DNA from: Centroscyllium fabricii
Lineage: Eukaryota
NCBI GenBank assembly: GCA_051313645.2
Contig: JBNRSN020000018.1
Span: 37,758,001 to 37,822,000, forward strand
Direction of reading: 5' to 3'
Length of the DNA stretch: 64,000 bases
Shown: positions 12,831 to 25,191 of the stretch, one piece after another
Layout of the letters: each line of letters begins with the position of its first letter
Numbering within the stretch: position 1 is the first letter of the stretch
Notes under the pieces: model-generated
The model's input: only the letters and a program-made list of their open reading frames with translations
The model's database searches: none
What the model was told of the DNA's origin: nothing
Made by a program: the position numbers and the translations under genes

Positions 12831-13045
12831 TGTAAAGTCCTGTAGCTAGATTATAGGTTGAAGTTTGGATGTCTGTGCACTCAATAGTGTGAAAATATTT
12901 ATAGCGTATGAAAATTTATTGACTGTTTTTGAAGAAATTAAATTTGACACTCAATTTTACAGACTATTTTCTTGTGGCGTTGCTCAAAGTGAATCGGGGA
13001 CATGCTGCTCTATACTGCGAGTTCTGTCAGATAATGCACTATGGG

Positions 13046-13388
13046 AAAGAAAAACTTGCATTTATATAATGCCTTTATGACCTCAAGATGTCAGAGTGCT
13101 TTACAGCCAATGAGGTATTTTTGAACTGTAGTCACTTGTGATGTAGGAAATGCGGCAGCCAATTTGCACACAGCAACCCACAAACTCCCCTGCTCCTCTT
13201 CGAAATAGTGCCATGGGATCTTTTACATTCACTCGAGAGGGCAGACGAGGCCTCGGTTTAACGTTTCATCCGAAAGGCGGTACCTCCGACAGTGCAGCAC
13301 TCGCTCAGTACTGCACTGAAGTGTCGGCCTATATTTTGGGCTCAAGTCTTGTGGCAAGAGTGCTTACCACTGAGCCACAGCTGACACC
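13046..13388 (-). mobile_element. DeuSINE/SacSINE1-like SINE
   Basis: Reverse-complement similarity to 12414-12830. Confidence 0.7.
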
Positions 13389-13561
13389 TAACAATGTCAT
13401 AATGAGTGGGGGGGGGGGCATTTATACAGGTTGAGATCCGTTAGCCGAAAAACCGGCAGCTTCAGTCGACCAGCACAGGTTTTCCCGACTGCCCAGCGCA
13501 TGCGCAGACAATTCAAACTGGCCACTGTCGGGGCTGGGCTTCCCTTTCACCTAACACTCAC

Positions 13562-13683
13562 TGGATCCCGGCTTAGTGACCATCCCGATGCCGATGGTGA
13601 ATCCCAGACTCAGAAGATGAGCTGTTGTGCCAGCCGCCTTTCACAGGACGCGGTACAGCCAAAACTCGGCCCGGCTCTGCCAT
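13562..13683 (-). pseudogene. CYB561D2: Captured first coding exon of a CYB561D2-like gene (frameshift and stop)
   Basis: Minus strand: ATG at 13683, a frameshift within the first codons, then AEFWLYRVL*KAAGTTAHLLSLGFTIGIGMVTKPGS(S), followed by donor GTGAGTG (13561-13555). Resembles human CYB561D2 [32 protein letters not shown]. The TGA at 13643-13641 fits CGA CpG decay. D2 rather than D1 is assigned by its head-to-head position with NPRL2. Confidence 0.85.
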
Positions 13684-13826
13684 CGCTGCCGGAGGCTCCT
13701 GCCTGGCTGCGTGCTGACGTCACCGCGTTCCGAAGCTGGCGTGCAGTGGAGTCACGTGAGCCGGGCTTGAGCCGTGCATTGGGCCTCAGGCCCGCTGGAG
13801 CCGTGCAGCCCGCTCCCTGATCCGCC
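13684..13826. promoter_or_regulatory. Captured bidirectional promoter / 5' UTRs
   Basis: GC/CpG-rich 143 bp between divergent ATGs. CRE TGACGTCA at 13715-13722; E-box/CLEAR-like GTCACGTGA at 13751-13759. Confidence 0.75.
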
Positions 13827-13898
13827 ATGGGCAGCAGAATCGAGTGCGTCTTTTTCAGCGAGTTCCACCCGACCCGTGGCCTGAAAATCACCTTCCAG
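13827..13898 (+). pseudogene. NPRL2: Captured exon 1 of NPRL2 (GATOR1 subunit)
   Basis: Kozak GCCATGG; [24 protein letters not shown] vs human [26 protein letters not shown]; ends CAG|GTAC, where I recall the human exon 1 boundary. No further NPRL2 exons were seen. Confidence 0.92.
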
Positions 13899-15120
13899 GT
13901 ACCGGCGAGCGCATGCGCAGAGCATTCAAAATTTTGCAGCGGCCATTTTGAATGCTCTGCGCATGCGCCGCCGCAGCTTCAATCATTCGGTGTTTTCAAA
14001 AATTCGGCTGAGTGCTGGTCCCGACCCTGACGGATTAACGGTGTTCAACCTGTATATTGATACCCATTCTGAATCAGTATAAAGGGACTGCCTCGGGTAA
14101 ATCTGTCCGCTGCTGAGGTGGGGTTTCAATCCTGCCTGTGTTGTTAAGGTAACAAAATCTAACTGGGCCTTTGTAGAAATCTGATGATCTTGCTCAACTA
14201 TCCCCTGTGGGTGAAGTTCAATAAATAAGCATGTCCTGAAGTCAATTAAAGGCTAATTGCAGGTGCTCAAAATTTTCCTGTTTACTAAAAAGATACAATT
14301 TCTTTTTAAGACGCCACTTGCTGAATCGTGATGACCTATAATTTTTATGAATGGTATTTGAGCCAATCAGGTGCAAGTGCGATCCACATTTTGGATATGT
14401 GCCATTTTGAGGGGTGATAGACAATTTATTTTATGTGCTAGCAGATTTCACATTGAATTGGGGGTTTTCTAAGCACGTGGCGATGTCATAGCAAGTAGTA
14501 TTAGCTGGGGCACTGACATGGCAGCATTGGGAAGGGATGCTAAGGTCTGACAGTACTGGGTGAGTTTTGGCACTCAGTGATATTTTAGGGGGAAAGGGCA
14601 GGGATGAGGTTACCCTCAACGCAGAAAAGGGGTGTTCTGGGGAATATTGGGGCAGGTCTGGTGAACGAGGTCTCGGAGCAGGTAGCATTGGGGGTGATGC
14701 TGGGAATGGGGGCTGTGAAAATGCAATTTAGGGGTTTTGAGCACTGCAAGACTGTCCTGGGGAAGTGGGGTGGGGTGCAGTTTGGGGATGGGGTCTCTTG
14801 GGGTCCAACATGATTGGATAGCGGCCTTGGGGAGGGATGAATTTTGGGAGGTTGGTGGAATCTGCCAGTGTTAGAGGAGAGCAGGATCCAGAAGACCTGT
14901 GGAGAAGGGGGAATCGCCAAGCTAATGGGACCCAGTGTACCATTGGGCACCAACTCTCCCAACCATGTTGGCCCCTTACCCTGACCTTTGTACAGCCTCA
15001 TTGGTTTGCCCCGCAGCTTTCCCTATCGCCGGCCAGTCCCTGTCTTTTGTATTCCTTACAACATTTAAGGGGAGATTTTCAGCTTCTGTGCTCCAGGTAC
15101 ACACTGGGTGGGGGTGGGGG

Positions 15121-15936
15121 GGGGGGCCGATTTTCATGGCCCCGTGAGGCGGGGTTTTTGGTGGCCCGGCCGGCAAAATAGCGGATCCGGCGGGTCCCGC
15201 CCCTCCCTGCCGCTTTCTCATTTTCATGCCCCCAGATTCCCCGCCCCGAAACCTTCCCCCCCGCCGACCGGCGGGGATGGGTTGTCACCTCGTTAAGGGC
15301 ATCTTTAATGCCATTTTAAGGGCCCTCAGCCATTTTGCCGTGTTTTCCGCCCTAACCCCGCCACCGTAAACCCCGCTGGGTGAAACCCAGCAGGAGCACA
15401 GCGCTGGTTATAACTTCTGGACTATAACCTGGTGTTGTGAGTTCCTGAATTTATTACTTTCTCCTTGAAGGTTTGAAGGACATGCTGCCAAATGCTTAGC
15501 ATGCCTCCAGCACCTTAGAGGAGATAGTGACTCCGTTCTGCCTTCAGTATCAGCTCTGACCAGAAACTGAGCAATCTCAGTTCTCACCATGTCCTCACAG
15601 CCGCTGCCGAGCTGTGAGGCATTCAGAGCCCGCCCGCCCACCTGTCAGTCACCAGCACTTGGCCTTTCCCATTGGCTCCACTCCACTGTGATGTGACAGT
15701 AGAGTGTTGCCATGGGAACTGATAACAAGAAGTGCTGGAACTGTGAATCAAAGTGCTCGCAGCTCTGCTGCAGCCCGACTCGATTCACCTAATCACCTCC
15801 CGCTGCCGCCGACGGGGATTTAACAACCTCATTAGCCTAAAATTGCGTGGGCTTCCCAGCTGGTTGGGCGGGCGGGACCGGAAGCCTCCCAGACCAATCC
15901 CCACCAGGTGCCCGCCCTTCCATCAAAATTGCCCCC
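15121..15936. mobile_element. GC-rich non-autonomous DNA element, probably PIF/Harbinger-type
   Basis: Termini GGGGGCCGATTTT / AAAATTGCCCCC; collinear with 30857-31654. Confidence 0.7.
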
Positions 15937-17980
15937 TCGGAGTGCAGAATTGTCAAAGTTACCCTTTACTGCGCGAAGAGTTTGACAACTTTAGGCAGTC
16001 TTTAACAAACATAAATGTCTATAAACAACAATTATCGCATAAAACATTCAAACATTCATTAATATACAGTTTTGAGTTTTAATAAAAATATTGTTGAGAA
16101 ATCATTCAGAAGACTTTTTTAAACTGAACTTTCAACTGAAATAGAGGGAAATGTCTTATTAAAAATCCATTCTCAATAACCGGTATTTTTGTTTTCTATC
16201 AACAAGGAAACCAAAGCTGTTCTAATTACAGAATTGCCTGGCTCTGAATTTAAGTGTCATCACTTGCCTGAAATAAAGCTTTGATTAATTCAAACTAACT
16301 TGGCAGAGGGATGGGATACAGAGGGGAACAAAAACAGGGGGTGATGTGCAGACAAATATAGAGGAAAAAATAAGTCTGCTTGGAAGGCCGTACAAATATG
16401 TCTCAGCATAAGGGGGTAGGGCAAGGTTAAATGGCATTTATTTTAATGCAAGGAGTCTGGCGAATAAGGGGGATGAATTGAAGGTGTTGTTAAACACATG
16501 GGAATATGATATTGTTGCCATTACAGAGGCATGGTTGAGGGAGGGGCAGGACTGGCAGCTCAATATTCCGGGGTAAAGAATCTTCAGGCAAGACAGGGAG
16601 GGGGGAAAAGAAGAGGGGGTGTCGCGATATTAATTAAGGAGTCAATTACTGCTGTAAGAAGGGATGATATATTGGCAGGGTCCTCTAATGAGGCTATTTG
16701 GGTGGAACTTAAAAATAAGAAGGGGGCAAGCACATTACTGGGAGTATACTACAGACCCCCAAACAGTCAGAGGGAAATAGAGGAACAGATTTGCAGGCAA
16801 ATCTCGGAGAAGTGTGGAAATAACAGGGTAGTAATAGTAGGGGATTTCAACTTCCCCAATATTGACTGGGATAGCCAAAGTGTGAAGGGCTTAGAGGGTG
16901 CAGAATTCTTAAAGTGCATCCAGGAGAGCTTTTTGAGCCAGTATGTAGGAAGTCCTACAGGGAGGGTGCGGTATTAGACTTAATTCTGGGAAATGAGGCT
17001 GGGCAAGTGGTAGAAGTGTTAGCAGCAGAGCACTTTGGGGACAGTGACCATAATTCGGTAATATTTAAGGAAGTAATGGAAAAAGACAAAGATGGACCAG
17101 AAATAAAGGTTCTAAATTGGGGCACGGCCGATTTTTAATATGATAAGGACTGGGCCCAGCTACTCGAAGGAAAGTCCGCATCAGAACAGTGGGAGGCGTT
17201 CAGAAAGGAAATTGAGAAAGTACAAGGGAAACATGTTCCCCTAAAGGTCAAGGGTGGGACCAATAAGCCCAGGGAACCTTGTATGTCAAGGGATATATGC
17301 GAATTGATTCGGGGAAAAAAGGGGGGCTTTCGGCAGACATAAAGAACTAAAGACAGAGGAGGCTCTAGAGGAGTATAGAAGGTGCAGGGGGGTACTTATT
17401 AGGAGAGAGAGGAGGGGCCATGAGATAACCCTGGCGGGCAAAATAAAAGAAAATCCTAAGATGTTTTTTAAGTATAAGGGCAAGAGGATAACGAGGGAAA
17501 GGGTGGGGCCCTCAGGGACCAAAGTGGAAATCTGTGTGTAGAGCCAGAAGATGTAGGTGGGGTTTTGAATGAATTTTTTGCATCTGTGTTCACTGTGGAG
17601 AAGGGCGATGTGGACTTAGAAAGAAGACCGGAGGAATGCGATACACTTGATCGTATTAGTATTGACAGGGAGGAGGTACTAGCGGTTTTAGCAGGCTTAA
17701 AAGTGGATAAGTCTCTAGGCCCTGACGAGATGTATCCCAGGCTGCTGGGTGAGGCTAAGGAAGAGATTGCAGGGGCTCTGACACAAATTTTCAGAACCTC
17801 TCTGGCCACAGGGGATATGCCGGAGGACTGGAGAATGGCCAATGTAGTGCCATTATTCAAGAAAGGTAGTAGGGGTAAACCAGGGAATTACATGCCAGTG
17901 AGCCTGACATCAGTGGTGAGGAAATTACTAGAAAAAATTCTGAGGGACAGAATTAGTCTCCACTTGGAGAGGCAAGGATT

Positions 17981-18800
17981 ATTTTTTAATTTTTTAAAAA
18001 TTGTTCTTTGATGGGATGTGGGCGTCGCTGGCTGGCTAGGCCTGCATTTAGTGCCCATCCCTAATTGCCCTTGAGAAGATGGTGGTGAGCCGCCTTCTTG
18101 AACCGCAGCAGTCCATATGGTGTAGGTACACCCACAATGTTGTTAGGAAGGGAGTTCCAGGATTTTGGCCCAGCGACAGTGAAGGAGCGGCGATACAGGT
18201 CCAAGTCAGGATGGTGTGTGGCTTGGAGGGGAACTTGTAGGTGGTGCTGTTCCCATGCGTCTGCTGCCCTTGTCCTTCTAAGTGGTAGAGGTCGCGGGTT
18301 TGGAAGGTGCTGTTGAAGGAGCTTTGGCGAGTTGCTGCAGTGCATCTTGTAAATGGTACACACTGAAGCCACAGTGCGCCGGTGGTGGAGGGAGTGAATG
18401 TTAAAGGTGGTGGATGGAGTGCCAATCAAGCGGCCTGCTTTATCCTGAATGGTGTCAAGCTTCTTGAGTGCTGTTGGAGCTGCACTCATCCAGGCAAGTG
18501 GAGAGTATTCCATCACACTCCTGACTTGTGCCTTGTAGATGGTGGAAAGGCTTTGGGGAGTCAGGAGGTGAGACACTCGCCACAGAATTCCCAGCCTCTG
18601 GCCTGCTCTTGTAGCCACAGTATTTATATGGCTGGTCCAGTTCAGTTTCCGATCAATGGTAACCCCCACGATGTTGATAGTGGGGGATTCAGCGATGATA
18701 ATGCCATTGAATGTCATGGGGAGATGGTTCGAGTCTCGCTTGTTGGAGATGGTCATTGCCTGGCACTTGTGTGGTGCGAATGTTACTTGCCACTTGTCAG
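17981..18800 (-). mobile_element. CR1-superclade LINE family 2, 3' part, nested in CR1
   Basis: ORF 18061-18816 (-): KWQVTFAPHKCQAM...IYKAQVRSVMEYSPLAW. The host CR1 frame resumes after ~18800. Confidence 0.85.
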
Positions 18801-19661
18801 CCAGGATCGTCAGCATGGCTTTGTCAAGGGAAGATCATGTCTGACTAATTTGATTGAATTTTTTGAAGGGGTGACCAGGTGTGGATGAGGGTAGTGCAGT
18901 GGATGTCATATACATGGATTTTAGTAAGGCTTTTGATAAGGTCTCACATAGGAGACTGGTCAAGAAGGTAAGAGCCCATAGGATCCAGGGCACCTTGGGA
19001 CAGTGGATCCAAAACTGGCTTAGTGACAGGAGGCAGAGGATGATGGTCAAATGTTGTTTTTGTGACTAGAAGCCTGTGTCCAGTGGGGTACCGCAGGGAT
19101 TGGTGTTGGGTCCCTTGCTGTTTGTAGTCTATATTAATGATTTAGATATGAATGTAAAAGGCATGATCAGTAAGTTTGCAGATGACACAAAAGTTGGTGG
19201 GTTGGTAAATAGCGAGGAGGAAATCCACAACATGCAGGATGACATAGATGTGTTGGTCAGATGGGCGGAACAGTGGCAAATGGAATTTAATCCTGAAAAG
19301 TGTGAGGTGATGCATTTCGGTCGGTCTAACATGGCAAGGGAATACACCATGAATGGTAGGACGCTAGGGAAGACAGAGGATCAGAGGGACCTTGGTGTGC
19401 AGGTACATTATGTCCCTGAAGGCAGCAGGACAGGTGGATAAGGTGGTTAAAAAGGCATATGGGATACTTTCCTTCATTAGCCGAGGCATAGAATATAAGA
19501 GCAGGGAGGTTATGATGGAGCTGTACAAAACGCTGGTAAGGCCACAGCTGGAGTACTGTGCGCAGTTCTGGTCACCACACTATAGGAAGGATGTAATAGC
19601 TTTGGAGAGGGTGCAGAGGAGATTCACCAGGATGCTGCCTGGGCTGGGGAGCTTCAGCTGT

Positions 19662-19894
19662 GAAACACAGAAACACGAGCAGGAGTAGGCCATTCGGCCC
19701 TTCGAGCCTGCTCCGCCATTCAATGAGATCATGGCTGATCATCCAAACCCAGTACCCCCCTCCTACCCTCTTCCCATATCCCCCATCACATATCCCACCC
19801 ACCCTATCCCCGTTACCCCCAGATATTCAATCCCCCTAACACTAAGGGTCAATTTATCCTGGCCAATCAACCTAACCCACACATCTTTGGACTG
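19662..19894 (-). mobile_element. HE1-like SINE 3' half nested in CR1
   Basis: Reverse complement of the 3' half of 9992-10401. Confidence 0.85.
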
Positions 19895-20605
19895 GATAGG
19901 CTGGGGTTGTTTTCCTTGGAGCAGAGGAGGCTGAGGGGGGACCTGATTGAGGTGTACAAAATTATGAGGGGAATAGATAGGTTGGATGGAGTGGAACTTT
20001 TTCCCTTGGTAAAGGGGTCAATAACTAGGGGGCATAATTTCAGGCTGAGGGGCAGGAGGTTTCGTGGGGATGTGAGGAAGAACTTTTTCACCCAGAGGGT
20101 GGTTGGAGTCTGGAACTCACTGCCTGAAAGGGTGGTAGAGGTGGCAACACTCACAATGTTCAAGAAGCATTTGGATGAGTACTTGAAATGCCACAGCATA
20201 CAAGGCTATGGACCAAATGCGGGAAAATGGGATTAGAATAGACTGCGATTGATGGGCGGCACGGACGCGATGGGCCGAAGAGCCTCTTTCTGTGCTGTAT
20301 TACTCTATGACTCAACCTCCAGTTTCTTTCAAAGTTTAATGTAAAAAGCAAGGAAACTCAAATCCTCAAAGGATAAGAGACACGCCCTCTTCCAGCAACT
20401 CACAGGCTGTAAATTGCTGGGAATTTCTGCAAACTCCATGCGTCAAGTGCTCCGAGATGGTTGGAAGTTCTCCCCAACTGCTACGGTATAAATATCGAGT
20501 TGAAGCCCATGCTTCTGACAGGCTGAGGCCTTGAAGCAAAAACTTTAAGCAAGGCCTTTAATAGAGACGAAAGACAATTCAATGGGCAAATTTAATCATC
20601 ATATA

Positions 20606-22920
20606 CAGGAAACTCATGGATTTTCTCTTACCCGGCAAAATTCTCGCTCCGAAAACCACACCTCAATAACCGGCCATGTTGCCAAGTCTCCCACAGTGGC
20701 CGAGTTAGTCAATCGGGGTAGTTCTCCAAACTTCCACTACTCGGCTTCTTGGCACTGTCGGAAGTTGGAACACCTCAATCCCCCTGTAACAGGAGCCTGA
20801 CTCTCCTGCGCTGCCGGTAGTTTCTTCTGATCCGCCATTTTACAGGGGTAATGTGTGTCTCCCACGCTACTGGTAGTCATTGCATTGCATTATGGAAATC
20901 CCAAAAGTTGGTTCAAGCAAAAGGAAGAGCGTGGTGTTAACTTTAAAACAAAAAATCGAGATATGCCAACGACTAGAAAGAGGAGAGAAACGTATCAACA
21001 TTATGAATGAATTCAAAATCGGTTTGTCAATAATCTACGACATCAAATCACAGAAGGATAAGTTGCTCAAGTTTTATTGAAGCTCGGAGACATCTAAGAG
21101 TGTAAAGAAATGGCGTACGCTTCGTAAGCCGAAGCTTGAAGAGCTGGATACCATGCTTTATGCATGGTTTTCTCTTAAGCATTCAGAGGGTGTTCCGATT
21201 TCCGGACCCATGTTAATCGAAAAAGCAAAATATTTCCACGCAAAGATGGAGCTCACTGAGAAGTATACTTTCTCCGAGGGCTGGCGACGACTCGATAGTT
21301 CCGGGGAGAAGAAATCAGCTGATCACGACGCCGCAGAAGAATACTGCAATTATTTCAATCGGATTGTGCAGCAACATGATTTGTCGCCAGCACAGCTATA
21401 CAATGCCGATGAAACGGGCTTATTTTGGAGGTTTTTGCCAGAATCAACGCTTGCTGGGGCTAGTGAGGCTAATGCTTCAGGTTACAAGAAAAATAAAGAT
21501 CGTGTAACCGTGCTAACATGTGCGAACGCTGCTGTATCGCACCAGGTTAAACTTCTTGTTATTGGGAAGTATAAAAATCCCCATGCATTTAAAAATGTGA
21601 GGCACTTAGCTGTTGCGTACAAAGCTCAAAGAAATGCTTGGATGGATAAGGAAATCTTTTCGAATTGGTTCCATCATATTTTTGTTTCATTTGTGAGGGA
21701 ACAGTTCCGTAGAATAGGGAAACCTGAAGATAGCAAATGCATTTTATTGCTTGATAATTGTAGAGCCCATCCGCATGAATCCGAATTGGTTTCAGGAAAT
21801 ATTTTCACCATTTATTTGCCACCAAATGTAACTTCTCTCAAACAACCCATGGACCAGGGAGTTATCCAAAATCTCGTGTCATTACAAGAAAGACTTCCTA
21901 TGTAAACTGATAAGCCAAGATGACAATATTCACGCATTTCAGAAGGAATACAATCTTAAAGATGCCATCTTTAATGCTGCATGTTCCTGGAACTTGGTGA
22001 AAGGTCACACTTTGAAACAAGCCAGGTGCAAATTATGGCATTCTGTAATGTTTACTGAAGGTTCTTCAGAGGAGGAATTTCATGGGTTCAATGTTCGTCC
22101 CAAGAGGAGTACAGTAATGGAAATGGCTGTAATGGTGAAAAATGTAGGCCCAGCAAACCCTCTAGGTCACCTCAGTGAAAGTGATATTGAGCAGTGGGTT
22201 GATGCAGATCGAGAAGTTGCTGTTGTGCATATGTGAAGTGATGATGAAATAATGGAGAATGTTTTGAATCCAAAGAAAGAAAAGGAAAGTGAGATGGAAA
22301 GTGAAGAGGATGAGATTTCTGAAGAGATGATTTCTTGGGTTAAAGCTGCAGAAAAATTGGCTTTATTCCTCAGATTTGCTGAAAGCCATTCTTGCTATTC
22401 TGCCCAAGAAGTTATGCAACTCCATATTCTGAATTCCACCTTTCTGCAAAAAAGGCAAGAGTCCACTAAGCAAGCAGACATCCGGGACATGTTTAGGAAA
22501 GCCTCCAAAAGAGTTGAAGCAGTGGAAGTGCCTGAAGAATCTGTTGAACTGCGTGATCCTGATGACCCAGCTGACATGGACATTCCTGCTGAACCAGTTG
22601 ACTTGGAATAAGTGTCCAGTCAACCACAGTCATTTATAGTGTACTGTACAGTCGTTTATAAGTTTTGTTTTATTGTTAAGTAATTAAAAAGTTATGGATT
22701 ACACTCAACTGGCAGTACTGTACTTAATCAAGCATCTTCCACCATCCATTTAACACAACATTCTGTAGGTGAGTACCCAATTACTGTATACTGCACATTT
22801 CTTGATCTTTTAATTTTTCTTTGTTTAAAAATAGCCTTGGTAGATAACCCGGTATCCGGACTTTTTGATAAACCGGCAACGTGCCGGTCCTGTCGGTGCC
22901 GGATAAAAAAGAGTTTCCTG
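20606..22920 (+). mobile_element. Full-length Tigger/pogo DNA transposon
   Basis: TA-CAGGAAACTC ... GAGTTTCCTG-TA, 2.3 kb, contains a transposase remnant. Confidence 0.9.
20892..22611 (+). pseudogene. Tigger/Jerky-like DDE_1 transposase, disrupted
   Basis: CENP-B-type HTH (KRKSVVLTLKQKIEI; [13 protein letters not shown]) and catalytic motifs [27 protein letters not shown]; split over four ORFs. Confidence 0.9.
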
Positions 22921-23951
22921 TATTGTGAAATATGTAACTTTGATTGTTTTATTTTGCTTAAAACCTTCTTTTGGAGATGAGAAATTTCAGTCACTGAGGG
23001 AGAAAGAATGGTGGATACAAATATTTTCTAAAATCATCATTTCGGTTGCTTCATCAACAAATTGTGATGGTAATGTTATATTAACATGGGTTTTCCATTG
23101 GCAGTGTATGGATTTTCCATAGCATGACACAGGAAGGTACATAAAATGCACTAGGTTTTTAAAAGATATAAAAATGAAGAAAATTATTTTTTTTCTCTGG
23201 AAAGCCAGCACGCAATGTTACACAAAGTTATAGCATGATATGCAAACAGCTGGTTAGTAGTGCTTAACTGACCTTTTCATTCAAAAATTTGTGATACAGT
23301 GGTCGCTCCAGATTGGTCAAGAATTATGTATCAACTCTGAATAAGACTTCAGTTTTACAGGTCTCTGATGCCAAATAGTTTCAGCCATTTAGGACTGAGA
23401 TGAGGAGAAATGTCTTCACTCGGAGGGTGGTGAATATTTGCAATTCTCTACCCTAGAAGGCTGTGGAGGCTCAGTCGTTAAGCATATTCAAGACGGAGAG
23501 CGATAGATTTTTGAATATTAAGAGTATCAAGGGATATGGGGATAGTTCAGGAAAGTGGAGATGAGGTAGAAGATCAGCCATGATCTTAGTGAATGAAGGG
23601 CCAAATGGCCTACTCCTGCTCCTATTTCTTATGTTATGTTCAAATATGAGTTATTATAGTGGGTAAATTGTAGATAGCAGTTTGTTAAAATCCATCATTT
23701 TGTAAAGGCGGCAGAAATGCAGCATATGTAATGTGACGCTCTGAGTTATATCCTCAATCTCAACTGTGCTGAATAAACAGCTACTCTGTCGTGTTGCACA
23801 GTCAGTAACTCTTACCATGCTGAATAAACAATTGTGGGGTGGCACAATGGCATTCTGGGATTAGTCCTTAACAAACTAATTAATTTCAGACTCTCTCTCT
23901 TTGATGTGACCATTCCCAGTAAGTGCAACAAACAAATGCATCAAAAATTTG

Positions 23952-24080
23952 TTCTGACTAAAGGTCTTCGACCTGAAACGTTAACTCTGTTTCTCTCTCC
24001 CCTGATGCTGCCTGGCCTGCTGAGTTTTTCCAGTGTTTTCTGTTGTTATTTCAGATTTCCAGCATCCGCAGTATTTTGCT
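23952..24080 (+). mobile_element. Penelope pseudo-LTR fragment
   Basis: ctgactaaaggtcttcgacctgaaacgttaactctg..., a degenerate hammerhead plus terminal repeat. Confidence 0.7.
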
Positions 24081-24194
24081 ATTGTAAAAAAAATCCATCA
24101 ATTGGATTGTGACATTATCATCCTACTTTGTGGAAGCTGGAATTGGTCAAAGTTTATTCAATAATCCTTTGATGAGTTGTCATCTTGGTTATAA

Positions 24195-24641
24195 AAGAAA
24201 GAGCGACTTGTATTTCTAGAGCGCCTTTCACAACCTCAGGACCTCCCAACACACTTTACAGCCAATGAAGTCGTTTTGAAGTGTAGTCTCCGTTGTAATG
24301 TAGGATAACAGGGCAGCCAATTTGCGCACAGCAAGCTCCCACAAACAGCAATGTGATAATGAGCAGATAATCTGTTTCAGTGATGCTCATTTGGGGATAA
24401 ATATTTGCCAGATCACCAGGGAAACTCCCCTGCTCCTCTTCGAAATAGTGCCATGGGTTCTTTTATGTCCACCTGAGAGAGCGGACGGGGCCTCGGTTTA
24501 ATGTCTCATCCAAAAGATGGCACCTCTGTCAGTGTAGCACTGGAGTATCAGCCTAGATGATAAAGTCTCTGGAGTGGGATTTGAATCCACAACCTTCTAA
24601 CTTGGAGGCGAGAGTGCTGCCCACTGAACCACAGACGACAC
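24195..24641 (-). mobile_element. DeuSINE/SacSINE1-like SINE
   Basis: Reverse-complement similarity to 12414-12830. Confidence 0.75.
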
Positions 24642-25191
24642 TTTATGCTGCATGTTATGTGGTATTGTGAAGTATTTGAGAAGTTAGTGTGCGTTACTAT
24701 GTGCTGGGAATGATAGCGTGCTAACATTGGTCACATTGCAAACCTGCTGAACGGCAGTGACTGAGCTGAGAAAGAAAAGACCAGGTACAAGTGTTTATGC
24801 TCCTCACGAGCTTCCTCCCACCCTACTTCATCTCAACCCTATCAGCATAACCTTCTATACCTTTCTCTCACGTGTTTATCTAGCTTATCGTTAAATGCAT
24901 CTGTGCTATTCATTTCAACTACTCTCTGTGGCAGCAAGTTCCACATTCTAACCACTCTCTGGGTAAAGAAGTTTCTCCTGAATTCCTCATTTGATATATT
25001 CATCTCTAGTTTGGACCCCCCCCCCCCCCCCCCCCCAAGCAGAAACATTTTCTCTATGCCTATCCTATTGAAACCTTTCATAATCTTATGAAACCTCTTA
25101 TCTGCTCACCCTCAGCCTCCTCTTTTCTAGAGAAAAGAACCCCACAGCCTGTTCAGTTTTTCCTGATAAATATAACCTCTCCGTTCTGATA

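Larger units (their letters stand above)
13427..14052. mobile_element. Family A MITE carrying captured genomic cargo (Pack-TIR-like)
   Basis: TIRs CAGGTTGAGATCCGTTAGCCG / CGGATTAACGGTGTTCAACCTG with TA flanks. Subterminal parts match the copies at 25192 and 27707; the interior ~13525-13902 is non-TE cargo. Confidence 0.9.
16303..20311 (+). mobile_element. CR1 LINE, ORF2 (APE plus RT) decayed, with nested insertions
   Basis: ORF pieces VYYRPPN, VGDFNFPNIDW, MDFSKAFDKV, GVPQGLVLGP, KFADDTK, RKNFFTQRVV; CR1 3' UTR. Confidence 0.92.

Noticed and set aside
13827-14030. Functional NPRL2 gene or processed pseudogene
   Set aside because: Only exon 1 is present and the ORF runs into MITE sequence. 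The splice donor, promoter and opposite-strand gene are retained and there is no poly(A), so it is not a retrocopy.
20892-22611. Domesticated TIGD/JRK gene
   Set aside because: Multiple stops and frameshifts, with TIRs and TA TSD retained.
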